DNA of 64,000 bases from the human T2T-CHM13v2.0 reference genome, Homo sapiens. The DNA lies in the NCBI RefSeq assembly GCF_009914755.1, contig NC_060927.1. One strand, written 5' to 3'. Below the pieces are notes generated by a model. That model made no database searches, had not been told where the DNA came from, and was given only the letters and a program-made list of their open reading frames with translations. Shown piece by piece: positions 15,319-57,848 of this stretch; position 1 is the first letter of the stretch; every line of letters begins with the position of its first letter. The position numbers were made by a program, and so were the translations under genes.

Positions 15319-17474
15319 CTGTAAAGGCATTTCAGATTTTCAATTCTGTTTTTAACCCAGGAATTCAAAATACCATCCATTGCATTCAACAGGACTAGTA
15401 AAAACACAGGCAACAGTTCTGTCTCAATGGAAGGAACAGTAGATGACTAGTCTCAACACAGGAGGAGTCGGGCCGATTTCACTTGGTAACCTAGAGTCCA
15501 GCTTTCCTATCCCATCTTGAGAACTGGTCTGCAAAGATTTCAAGAATGTTAAGACTGCAACACACATTCAGAAAGCACAGGTTTTATGTAAACACGTCAC
15601 CAGCATAACCACCATGGTTAATCTCACGAGGCACCCTGAAGATGAGAAGCGCTACCATTATTCTAGTATTAATAGCATTACAGATTATTTATAATTTCAA
15701 TATGAAGCAATTCCATGGCCCATTATAATTTTTGGTACAATTGTTACTTACTATATATATTTCCTGATTCTTTGTACCCAATTTTACTAAGATTTGAGGA
15801 CTCATCACGAGTGTCATGGAGTTTAGCAGCTGAAGAAAATTAACTCTGTAAGGGAAAAGTAGCTGACTGCCTCCTTCAGAAGGTTTTAGGGAAACAACTA
15901 ATTTCTACATTCTAATGAAGCAAAGAAGTCATGTTTAATAAACCCCAAAGGAAAAAAATGCATTATACTTCAGGCTACAATCATCAGAAGCAGAGAATTA
16001 AATAAACACGTATGTAGCAATGGACAATGTACTGAAAGAACCAGGTTTCCTGAAGCTGAGCAGTTCAATACTGACCATAAACCACCCTAAATCAATGAAA
16101 ATTCCAGAATCCCTCTTACTTCATTCAAAATGCAAAAAGAGCATTTGCTGTGGCAGTTCTGGGCCGTAGAATACATCCTGCTACCTCCCCACTCCCCGGC
16201 CCTGAGCTACTCTGCATCTCCAGAGCCGGGAGCTCCAATGATCATGTTTCCAGTCTTTTTGTGAGCTAGCAGACTGAACCCCTACTGAAGAACTCCTGAA
16301 ATGCTGTATTTCCAAAGCTCCCACCATACAGGGTTTCTTGTCTCACCATTCATAAATAGAAGATCCCCCCACTCATCACATAGGCAAATGGAGGCTGGGA
16401 GACAGGCAGTCACTTGTCCAAGGATAGAGAGAACCAGCAACCCTATGGCCCTAACTCCTGATATCACACTCCAACTGCCACACATAAACCCTTTAACATG
16501 GAACTCAACACCACTGATTTCAGGAGGGGGAAAATAGCTCGAGGTCATATGGCTTTACAGAGAATCAAGAAGCTACAGCTCCAGTCCTCCTTTAAGAATA
16601 TGAAAGTCAAGCAATCAAAGGCCTCTTGGCTGTGACAGAGTTGCCTGCATAGCCTTATCATCACTAAGACTGTCCTAGTTTACAGACCCTTTGTACAATG
16701 AGTATGAGAAACGAAGGCCATTTGAACAAACTATTTACTTGAGCTAGCAGTAAAAAAAAAAAAAAAAATCGACCTAGGGTTCCACTTCAAATTCTAGTAT
16801 TTTCATTATACAAGTGACACAGTAAAGTGGGAAAGCAAAAAAATGAAATGGAAAAAAAAAAATAAGGCCTGTGGATTGAATATTGGACTGGCTACCCAAA
16901 CTCTAAACTTTGGGCTTTGAATTCAATGAGAGAAAACATCAAAAGTTCAGATTTTATGTCTCAGGTAGATGCTGCTGAGTCATATAACTCCCCCCTCACT
17001 AGGTTCTCACTCACTTTCAGACTCCCCTTTGAATTTGGAAGGATGTTCCAGACGCCATCACCTCTCCCTCTCTTCATTCCTACTCCAGTGTTTTTACCTT
17101 CACAGTGTCTTCAGGTATCTCTCTCCTGCTCACACTCTAAATAACCAGCCATCCAGCACTGGCTCCATTTGCCTTGCTGCTGCTGCTGTGCTGCTCGCTC
17201 AGCAATATTCATGTGAGCTTGATTTTCAACACTCCTCCAGCTCAGTGGTGTAGTAGGTCTTAACTTTCAATAAGGTCAGAAATATCAAAGCTCCACAAAG
17301 TTCTAGGTTCTTATGGAACTGACTAGGGTTTTCCAAAGAATATTCTGCAAAATGTTAGTTCTTTAGGGTATTCATAGGTACTACATAAATACCTGGTCAA
17401 ATTTCAGAAAATGCCAGATAATATAAAACAGCTTATTTACTGGTGGTCTTAAAGCCTTTAATATGGGAATATGC

Positions 17475-17555
17475 ATGCTGTATGAAAGGAGAAAAGGTTA
17501 GCACTCCCCTTGATAAGGACAGAGGAGGCCCTTGGGCCTGACAACACACATACGG
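17475..17555 (+). pseudogene. RNU6ATAC16P: U6atac snRNA retropseudogene, 3'-truncated, no poly(A)
   Basis: atgctgtatgaaaggagaaaaggttagcactccccttgataaggacagaggaggcccttgggcctgacaacacacatacgg matches the 5' ~80 nt of U6atac; flanking repeat atatgggaatatgca / atacgggaatatgca; symbol from recollection. Confidence 0.9.
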
Positions 17556-18671
17556 GAATATGCACCATAAGTTTCCAAGAGAGAGAGTTTGGAATGCTTC
17601 TCAAACTGGTTTTGCCACAAAATGTTTTTTGGCTAAACATCTTGCAGGATTAGGATTCTTTGCAGAAGATCCTTGGGGAAGCCTGTCAGATAATTTCATA
17701 GTAATCAAATAATTATAATAAATGACCTTTTTTTTTTTAAAGAAGTTTCTTTGGAGACTTCAAAAATTTTAATAAAAGGGGCAGCCTAAATAATTAATGT
17801 TTGCCAGAAAATAATAGAACTGTACCCACCTAAGAAGAGTAGTGGTTGACCATTGTAGAGAGGAGCTCTAAACTGGCAAAATGAACCAATATATAAAATT
17901 CCAGATGGAAAAAATATAGCTCAAAGGGCAACAGTACTGCCTAATCTAATGCTTACTACTAATTTCTTTACTAAGTCCATGTCTGATATTTAAAAAAAAC
18001 CCACAAAAACAAAAACCCAACAACAAAAAACAAAAAATCTCAAGTATTTGTCTCTAAATGGCTAAGAACCACCAAATTCTTGAATGACAGCTCACTGCCC
18101 AAAGTGATTTAATTAGAATAAAAGGAAAATAAAGGCAGTTGAGCTTTATAAAAAAGACCCAAATACCTTAGAAGTAGCTATGAATACAGACACAGTATAG
18201 GCCAGGACTGACCTAGGAAACCAAGCACTTTAGCAAAGACTCAGCCTGAAGTTTAAATATATGGCTTACCAAGAGCTGTAACACAAGATCACTGATTTTA
18301 AGAGGCCCTTTTCAGACGAATTTTAATTAAAATTATATTTAACATCATTGTACAATAATTCCCTAGCTCAACATGTGTGCTTACAGGGCTCAATGAAAGA
18401 AAAAAATCATGCAATTTTTAGTAGCAAAATATTTTGGAGAAATTTGCAGGGGAAAATACAACACCAGGATCAGAGGCCAAGTCAGGGGCAGTGCTCTGCT
18501 CAGTCAGGACAAGGCTAGCATCTAAAATACTGGTTGGGTGCCATTTGGAACAGTCCCCAAAATAAAAGTTCATGTGCAAGTGGTAAGAACAAGAGTAAAA
18601 CCTGTCTGTGCGCGTGCATTCCTGAAACACCCCCTTGCTTCGAAAGACAGTTGTGCCTAGGCTCTATTTAC

Positions 18672-18873
18672 CTTCATATTCTGCTTTCTTGGCTGTCTCA
18701 AGATTTCTCCATTCTGTCCCCACCAGGCGGCTGAGCTCCCCGAAAGAGTAGTCTGGGTGTTGGGCCTTAATCACAGCCCTCATCTCACTGCTGAACAGGA
18801 TGTAGCCACTCATGTTGATTTTCCGTTTGGAGCCTTCCTTCTTTGCACTGCCTTTGGCAGACTTTGGGGTAGA
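18672..18873 (-). CDS. PBRM1: PBRM1 exon E25 (202 nt): HMG box
   Basis: cttacag|TCT ACC..., STPKSAKGSAKKEGSKRKINMSGYILFSSEMRAVIKAQHPDYSFGELSRLVGTEWRNLETAKKAEYE; donor AAG|gtaaat. Confidence 0.97.
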
Positions 18874-18944
18874 CTGTAAGACAGAAAGGTCTTATGGTGC
18901 ATCAAAACATTACATTTGGTTAACTGCTCAAAATTTCAGAAGCC

Positions 18945-19238
18945 AGCCGGGCGCGGTGGCTCACACCTGTAATCCCAGCACTTTGGGGGGCCGAGACAGG
19001 TGGATCACAAGGTCAGGAGATTGAGACCATCCTGGCTGACACAGTGAAACCCCGTTTCTACTAAAAAAAAAAATACAAAAAATTAGCCAGGCGTGGTGGC
19101 GGGCGCCTGTAGTCCCAGCTACTCAGGAGGCTGAGGCAGGAGAATGGCGTGAACCCGGGAGACGGAGCTTGCATTAAGCCAAGACGGCGCCACTGCACTC
19201 CAGCCTGGGCGACAGAGCAAGACTCTGTCTCAAAAAAA
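18945..19238 (+). mobile_element. AluY-like element
   Basis: Full Alu with ggagaatggcgtgaacccggg; TSD-like ttcagaagcc on both sides. Confidence 0.9.
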
Positions 19239-19433
19239 AAAAAAAAAATTTTTCAGAAGCCAGGAACACGTGATTCACTAGTTACTGCTTTATTGACACG
19301 TTTGGTTTATAGCTGGCTATTTTCTTGGTCAAAACACACCTCTTCCTTATCTATTACAAGTAAAAAAGAAATGAAAGTTTCACTGAATTCCATGGGTGCA
19401 ATCTGTAATGGTGACCTCACAATTAAGTCTTGA

Positions 19434-19802
<369 letters not shown>

Positions 19803-20186
19803 TGAGGTCCTACATAAGGAGAGATTAAAAAGACACGGGTAATAAAAGCTAAAGACAAACAGGGTGATGTTGCTCCTTACTGCTTTTCTTCAGCACAAGG
19901 AAGAGTCTTCTAACTAAGCCCACCATTAAAATAGCTATGAAATTTTAAAGATATTAATTTTAAATTATTAATGGTATTAATATAAATTATTAATGGGATG
20001 ACATATAATTTTTGTCAATCAAAAATAAATGAATAAATCATGGCACTGACAAAATCTGTTCCTTCCTGCAGAATTCTAAGTTAAAGCTCACATATGGAGG
20101 GGCTGGATGTCACTTTACTTTGGTTTTGAGTCTGCTGCAAACCAAAGGTGGTAATAAGATAAGTAACAGGAACCTGTCACCTTCAC

Positions 20187-20397
20187 CTGTGGGGGTGTGT
20201 AGGGCATGAGGTCCAGCTCACTGGCCAGGGGGGTCTGAAGCTGAGGTAGAGAAGGAGGTTCAATGACCTCACTATCTTCTTCTCCCATCTCTTCAATATC
20301 ATCATCTCCACCTTCTAACTCGGCAAATTTAGCTTCTAGCAACTGGATCTTCTTTTCCAGCAAAGGTGATGGCTCCTTCTGAGGAACAATTGGTTTT
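20187..20397 (-). CDS. PBRM1: PBRM1 exon E24 (211 nt): BAH2-HMG linker
   Basis: ttttcag|A AAA CCA..., KPIVPQKEPSPLLEKKIQLLEAKFAELEGGDDDIEEMGEEDSEVIEPPSLPQLQTPLASELDLMPYTPPQ; donor CAG|gtgaag. Confidence 0.95.
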
Positions 20398-20953
20398 CTG
20401 AAAAAAGTGACATAAAAAACCTAAAATCACCTAATGCCCCTCCAGAATAAGCCGGAAAGCAGTGTTCCACCTTAACAACTAGAAGTGACTTCCTGCAATC
20501 TGCAATATATGCTCTAAAGGCAGCATGGAAAGAGTTTAAATGTGTATTTATGAAATTACTTGTACTTAGAGATGCTTGTTTTTAAATAATTATGCTGAAT
20601 ATCCACAAAAGTATTGTGTCCAAAGTTGGGATCTAGTTGCCTATACACAGCAAAAAGAGTTTTCATAATCTGTGGAACTGAGAAATCTCCTGACAGGATA
20701 TAAACCAGAACCAAGTGTTTCTGCCTCATTCCACAATTATTGGAGTCTACGCCAAGGGCACTATTAGAGCAGCCACCAGGTCCCAGCAGATTATGAAGTC
20801 TTTCCTTTAATCTTTAAGTGAATAAATATTTTCTATTTGAAATATTTACTACTCTAGTTTAAGATCTAATAAAAAATTAAAAACACTGGACTACACTATG
20901 TTGCTATCAGTTAATGGAAGTGCTCTTTTTTCCTTAAGTTTTTCAAGCTTTAC

Positions 20954-21137
20954 CTGAAGTAGTAAATTTCATCATCTACCACTTTAGCAGAGAGTGAAAA
21001 CCTCTTCAATCCTTTGAATTTCTTCATCTGCTTGTCGCTCTCATTGTAGCGGCTCTCACAAAGCAGAATGTCATTTTCTGGTATTTCAGTTGGCCTGCAG
21101 GAGAGGAAGTCCTTGAATGACAACACAGCACACTTTC
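20954..21137 (-). CDS. PBRM1: PBRM1 exon E23 (184 nt): end of BAH2
   Basis: ctttcag|GA AAG TGT..., KCAVLSFKDFLSCRPTEIPENDILLCESRYNESDKQMKKFKGLKRFSLSAKVVDDEIYYF; donor CAG|gtaaag. Confidence 0.96.
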
Positions 21138-21262
21138 CTGAAAGAGAAAATTAGAAAGAAATTAAAGGAGTAAACTGTGGTCATAGTTACTAACTGTTTT
21201 AACATTTTATTATTTTTGGATGAATACATTCATATAATTAACAATTTTAAAGATATGAAAGG

Positions 21263-24040
<2,778 letters not shown>

Positions 24041-24599
24041 ATAAATGGTAGCATATCACTTAAAACTGTTTTGCATCTGAATTTTGTCACAAAATAATAT
24101 GTCTTGGAGGTCACGGCTTGTATGAATGTACTAAGTTTATTCAACTAGTTCCCTATTGATGGGTATCTATGTTGTTTCCCAATGTTTGCTCTTCTGCTGA
24201 CGCTAAATAATGCTGAAATAAATAATTTAAGACATATCAATTTGCACGTAGGTGAATACATCTGAAGCATAAATTTCTAGAACTATAAAAGCTGGGTTAA
24301 AGGGTATGTATACACTTTTTAAATTTTTGTAGGTATTATCAAACTGCCTTCCATAAAGGGTGTCCTAATTCACAGACTACCCACAAAGTAGGTAAATACC
24401 ATTTCCTCATGCTCTTGTCAACTAGTGAGAAATGTCTTCTGGATCTTTGACAATTTGATAGGTAATCTCAAAAAAAAAAAAAAAAGAAAAAAGAAAAAAA
24501 GAAAAATGAAAAAGAAAAGAAGAAAAGCACCTGGGTAGCTTTAACTAGCATTTCTCTAATGGCCAAGGTTGGGTATATTTTCTTTTCTTTTCTTTTTTG

Positions 24600-27925
<3,326 letters not shown>

Positions 27926-27945
27926 ATCTTTTAAAGATTTATTCC

Positions 27946-28968
<1,023 letters not shown>

Positions 28969-29283
28969 TCATTTACTAATTTTAATAGTTTATCTGAATA
29001 TCTCTTGGATTTTCTACATACCTAATATTTTTGAAAAAAAAAAAAAAGGCCCTTTTGTTTTTCCTTTCAAATCTTTAGATCTTTTATCTTCCTTGCCTTA
29101 CTGAGGACAGTTTTTAAATTAATGAAACGTTATAAAAATCTACTGTGAAGGGAACAAAACCTGCAAATAAATTAGGAATCGGCATGTTTCAAGAGCCCAG
29201 GTTCCTGGAAATTTTATCACCTAAGGGGTTAAGGGTAGAGGTACTGTCTGCCACATGTGGCCATCTGATTACTGTTTAAGTTC

Positions 29284-30498
<1,215 letters not shown>

Positions 30499-30977
30499 AG
30501 AATGTAACACATTCTAACAGGCATCTTTAGAAAGAAATTACTCCAAGTTATGTCAGTGAATATGGAGGAGTAGTGAGCTCTAAGGGCCATTACTTCACAG
30601 AAACAGTGAAAAAAGCAGAATAAACTTTATTGGAATTCTGTAAGATAGTCAAAGGTTTACAGCAACCAAGCAAATGCTTAATTAAGAAAAAAAGTGACTG
30701 AAACTTGGCAGGAAAGCTCTGTGGCATTTTAACTTACCCTCACTCCATTCCTTACTTTCTGTCTCAGTGGCAGCCTTGAAGATGGCAGCCTCTATTCCTG
30801 GTGTAAGATTGTGGTGATAGAGGAAGCAAAACAGCTCCATGCTCCAAGAACTGTGGTCATCTGTTTTGACCTGTCAGGCAGCTTTCTAAACACTAATGCA
30901 AAGTGCTTGCCTTTATTGTGCTTAGCTTGGAATTCCCTTGGTGGAGAAGTGTCTAGGTTTTTTTGTCAAAAACATTT

Positions 30978-31344
30978 TGTCTTAGTTTGTTTGTGCTGCT
31001 ATAACAGAATACCACAGACTGGGTAATTTATAAAGAACAGTTTTCTCACAGTTCTGGAGGCTGGAAAGTCCAAGATAAAGGTGCCAGCATCTGGCAAGGG
31101 CTTTCTTGCTATGTCATCATATTTCAGAAGGCAGAGGGCAAGAGTGTAAGAGACAGCAAACCCATTCAGACAGAGCAGACCCATTTACATGAGCCCTTTT
31201 TATAAAAGCAATATTGTATTCACGAGGACAAGCCCTCATGACCTAAACATCTCCTAAAAGTCCCCACTTCCCAACACTGTTGCACTAGGGATTACACTTT
31301 AAGTCATGAATTTCGAAGGGGGCACAAACATTCAAATCACAGCA
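30978..31344 (-). mobile_element. ERVL-MaLR solo LTR (MST/MLT1A-like)
   Basis: TG...CA termini, perfect 5-bp TSD cattt (30973-30977, 31345-31349), MaLR motifs tctcacagttctggaggctggaaagtccaagat. Confidence 0.88.
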
Positions 31345-33175
<1,831 letters not shown>

Positions 33176-33446
33176 AGCTCAGTGCGGTGGTGCATGCCTA
33201 TAGTCCCAGCAACTTGGAAGGCTGAGGTGAAAGGTTTGGTTGTGCCCTAATTACCACCTGATATTCTATATATTTATTTTTTAATTTATCGACTGACTCC
33301 CCAATCTCTGCCCCAACATAAGAGAACAGAGATTTGGATTTGGGCACTGCTCTATACCTAACACCTAGAACAGTGCCCCACAGAAGTAGTATTCCATCAA
33401 TTTTGATGGAATAAACACGATTAAATAAAAAAGCACAAATACCTAC

Positions 33447-33604
33447 CGAGAATACATGTCATGGGGCAGGTTTCTTCCAGATTACTCAGAAATACTTCTT
33501 TTTTGTAGAACATTTTTGTGGGCTCATGCTCTGTTTCTTCTGGGTGAATGAAGATGGGGCCATAAAAATATGCAGCTCCATCTCGAACCCATACTTTTTC
33601 AATT
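33447..33604 (-). CDS. PBRM1: PBRM1 exon E22 (158 nt): BAH2
   Basis: cccaag|A ATT GAA..., IEKVWVRDGAAYFYGPIFIHPEETEHEPTKMFYKKEVFLSNLEETCPMTCIL; donor TCG|gtaggt. Confidence 0.96.
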
Positions 33605-34008
33605 CTTGGGGAGGAAAATATATAAATTACATTAAAATAGTTTCCTTCTTGAAGGATTAATCTAACAAAAATCGCATTAACCAAAAACTTAGTAATGTGT
33701 ACCATTCAGAGGAGTTTCACTGGCTGTTTTGGTAAGACAACTTCATTAATTTTTTCCCCCATTAAACACATGAAAAGATACTTAGAAAAAGAGAAAGGAA
33801 CATTTGACTATTTTTCCAAGTGAAAAAAATTTTTTAACTTAATATCAAGGCACAAAACTTAATAGTTTTATCTAATGACCAGGTTTTCTTCCTGAGACGT
33901 TCATGATGAAAACAGAACTAAGCATTTGTCATTGGACTTGTGAACCAAACAAAGACATAAAACATCAATATTTGGGGTCAGATCACATGAGTGGCAGACA
34001 TTCCTTTA

Positions 34009-34377
<369 letters not shown>

Positions 34378-34499
34378 TCACCCCTTCAGAATTTGATGAA
34401 AGCCATTATTCTTGACAACTAACCCATAAAGCTGACATTATTATTGCTCCATATTATCGTGATTCCTGACCTGAAGTATCATACTTATTTCAGTTAATG

Positions 34500-35310
34500 G
34501 TAACTGCAACCTTCCTGTTCCTCAGGCTTACACACAGGAGTCATCCTTGACTTTTTTATCTTTCTCAGACCCCACACTCCATTTATCAAGAATACTATTA
34601 ATTTGACCTTCAAAATACTATCTTTTGCAATCACCCTGGTCTGAAGCATGATTGTTCTTGCCTGGATTATTGCAACAGCATCCTAGGCGGTGGATCTCCT
34701 TGCTTCTGCCTTGACTTTTTACAGTCTATTCTCAACAACCAATAGGCAGAGCAATCCTATTAAGATCTAAACCAAATGTCACTCTGTGCTTGAAACAATC
34801 GATGGCACTCCATTAACTCAGTAAAAACCCAAATCCCTATAATGGTCTCTGAGGCCCTATGTGATATGCACCCTACCCCTGGCACTTATCTCTTACTAAC
34901 TCATTAATGGCTCACTCTCCTACTAACAAACAGGCCTGGCATGTTTCTCCTCAGGTGTTTATACTGGCTGTTCCCACTGCCTGGAATCCTTTCTCCCTGG
35001 ATATTCACATTATTCACTTTCTCAGTTTCTTCAAGTGTTGGTTCAGCTGCCGACTTCTCAGTGAGGCCTATATAAACCATTCTCCCTGCTCTGACCATGG
35101 GACCCCCTTCTCCCCTTGTTCTCCTCTATTTTTTCTACGGCACGTATCATGACCTAACATACTATACACTTTACTTATTCAAGATGTTGTTTGTCTTCAC
35201 ACTAGAAAAAAGCTCCCCAGGAAAAAGAATATTTGTCTGTTTTATTCACTAATGTATCCACAGAGCCTGGTAAATAGTAGGTATAATAAATGCTTACTGA
35301 ATGATGAACA
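34500..35310 (+). mobile_element. L2 fragment
   Basis: ggagtcatccttgac..., 3' end tttgtctgttttattcact...aataaatgcttactgaatgatgaa typical of L2. Confidence 0.7.
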
Positions 35311-35961
35311 GATATAAACTGAAGCCTAGAGGGCTAAATCATTCACCTAAGGACCTACAACTAACAGAGCTGGGACTCAGGGAATGAACTACTGTTCTTA
35401 GCCACTATCCTCTCCTACCCAACCCTATACCAGACTCTGCTGTGTTTGCCATTCAACCATACTGTCATCCTTTTGTCATTTACTTGTTCATCAAATATCT
35501 GAGGCCCTACTATGTTTCATGCACTATGATTTGAGCAGGGAATACAAGGGTGAAACCTGACAATAACACAATGAACACCGATATGTGATATATACGCTAA
35601 GGAGAAGGAAATATGTGGTGCTTTGAGAGTGTGCAACAGGGAGACTTAACCCATTCTGCAGTGGACAGGAAAGACTTCCTTTTAAGAAAGTGTCACTTCA
35701 AATTTATGCTAAAGGAGTTTACTGTATGAAGTAGGCAGGGAGATTTCTGAGCTGAAAGTTCTGTAAATAGTGGAAGAAAACAAAAGAGCCCAAAGGGATA
35801 ATTTAAGGAAGAAAGTGTGGTTGGAGGGGAACATGGTGTGAGAAGAAGCTGGAGAAACTGCCAGGGGAAGGACTTTTGTCTTCATCCGAAGGGTGACTAA
35901 TTTCTACTGGTTCCAAATTTCTCAGATTCAACCTCATCTTCCCTAATTCAATGACACTCAC

Positions 35962-36107
35962 CTGCCCACACGAGGACGCACCAGGCCATGGGACTTGATG
36001 AAGACACAGTCGCCAACCTTCAGCCACATGTCATTGTAATGGAGCTGCTCAAAGTAGTGGCAACCTGGTTCACCATTGGACATTTCCACAGGGACATCTT
36101 CTTTTTC
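35962..36107 (-). CDS. PBRM1: PBRM1 exon E21 (146 nt): start of BAH2
   Basis: acaacag|GAA AAA GAA..., EKEDVPVEMSNGEPGCHYFEQLHYNDMWLKVGDCVFIKSHGLVRPRVG; donor CAG|gtgagt. Confidence 0.96.
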
Positions 36108-36221
36108 CTGTTGTAAAGAAAACTGGCTGAAGAAAGGTAGTTGATAATCAAGGAATAGAGAAGGTAAGAAACGAAAGCAGACTTTTCTTTCACATTAACT
36201 TAAAAGAAAAAACCACCATTG

Positions 36222-43143
<6,922 letters not shown>

Positions 43144-43333
43144 GATTTACTTTTAAATTATAATGTACAGTTTTGAAAGTGTAAATTTCTTTCTGTTATA
43201 GTTTCCTTCTTCCTGTTTGGCTAAGGTTTTGTGTTGTTGCTCTTTTTCTAAGTTTGAATACTTTATTCATTTATTTTCTGGAATAGGTGTTTTGAGATGT
43301 AAAATTTTTTCTGTGTGGCTATTATCTGCATAC

Positions 43334-43597
43334 CTTTTCCAAGTTAAAATTGTCTTCAGCTCGACTGTCCTCTGAGTTGTCTGTATTCTTCTCATCATCA
43401 CCTTTATCTGCATTTGCAAATACAGAGGCCACGCGAACCACAGGCAGAGGCACATCCCGAGGGACAAACCTGACTGAGCTGATGGGCATGGTCCACAGTT
43501 TAATTTTCTTAAAAGATTTGGTTTTGGCAGAATACCGTGATTCACAGACAAAAACATCCTCATCTCGGAAGTTTTCTGGGCATAACTTAAAGTATTC
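43334..43597 (-). CDS. PBRM1: PBRM1 exon E20 (264 nt): end of BAH1 and linker
   Basis: ccccag|GAA TAC TTT..., EYFKLCPENFRDEDVFVCESRYSAKTKSFKKIKLWTMP...AEDNFNLEK; donor AAG|gtatgc. Confidence 0.96.
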
Positions 43598-44261
43598 CTG
43601 GGGGGTGGGGAGGGCATAAGAATAAAACTAGTTAGGTGAATTTTCTGAAAATCAATCAAAAAAAAAAAAAAAAAAAGCAAATAACCAACCAACCAAACAA
43701 AAGCTGAACTGATTACAGACTTTCTGGCAGTTAACAAAAAATAATAAATGACCAGAGATTTAGAAGTATTTCTTTGGCTACGGAATGGACTTATTATATA
43801 CACACCCTTTAAATTATAAAAACAAATAATTCCATTTAGCTTACAATTGCTCTTTGAAAACATATGAACATTTCATATAGCTATAATGTTCCTTAAAGCT
43901 TTGAAGAGGGCTTGTGTGTGTGTATCAGACAGACACACAAAAGCACACATTATTACCTAAAAAACAAACTGAAAATTTGTAATGATTATCCTTAAAAAAA
44001 CATCATACTTAAAAATTAGCCTGGCAATATTAAAAACTTAACCTAACTGCATTATAGCCAAATAGTGTAAGCAGCAAGTGGTCTTTCACAACGAAGTTCA
44101 GGTTAATTTCTTCCCAAATCTTTTCATATAGCTATATAGACACGGCTTAAAAAATAGCTTAAAACAGAGTTCCTAATTTTGTAAACATCGATTATTTTCT
44201 GTGTTTTAAAATTTTATTCCTAGGGAATGAGTGAGACTTTGGGATTTAATGAGTTTCTTAC

Positions 44262-44419
44262 CTTGACAAACATGACCACACACTTGCCTAGAATTTTACT
44301 AACTGGAACTTTGTTGTAATAGTCACTCTTAAAAACTTCTTTTTCTAGAAATTTTCGTGTAGCCAGGTGGAATGTTTCATTTGGTCGGTAAAACCAACAG
44401 CCATACAACCATTTTTCAC
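44262..44419 (-). CDS. PBRM1: PBRM1 exon E19 (158 nt): BAH1
   Basis: ttttgag|GT GAA AAA TGG..., (G)EKWLYGCWFYRPNETFHLATRKFLEKEVFKSDYYNKVPVSKILGKCVVMFVK; donor AAG|gtaaga. Confidence 0.95.
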
Positions 44420-44479
44420 CTCAAAAATGGGGGGTGGGGGAAGGGGAAGAGAAAGAGAATCATTGTTAACAGAAATCAC

Positions 44480-47673
<3,194 letters not shown>

Positions 47674-47679
47674 TATCTA

Positions 47680-52280
<4,601 letters not shown>

Positions 52281-52282
52281 TT

Positions 52283-54290
<2,008 letters not shown>

Positions 54291-54442
54291 AATTCTCCTA
54301 TTTCTTGGTATTAGATATGTAATTTTTAAAAGTTCTGCCAATTTTGGTGAAAACTGTTATCTAGCAATTGATTAATCAAGTGAATCCCTGTGTAATACAC
54401 AGCAGATCTATAAGGTTCTTGAGAATTTTATACCAGCAGTAA

Positions 54443-57848
<3,406 letters not shown>

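Noticed and set aside
43267-43863. 198-aa ORF, the longest in the track
   Set aside because: Out-of-frame read-through of E20 and intronic poly-T; the real frame is EYFKLCPENF...
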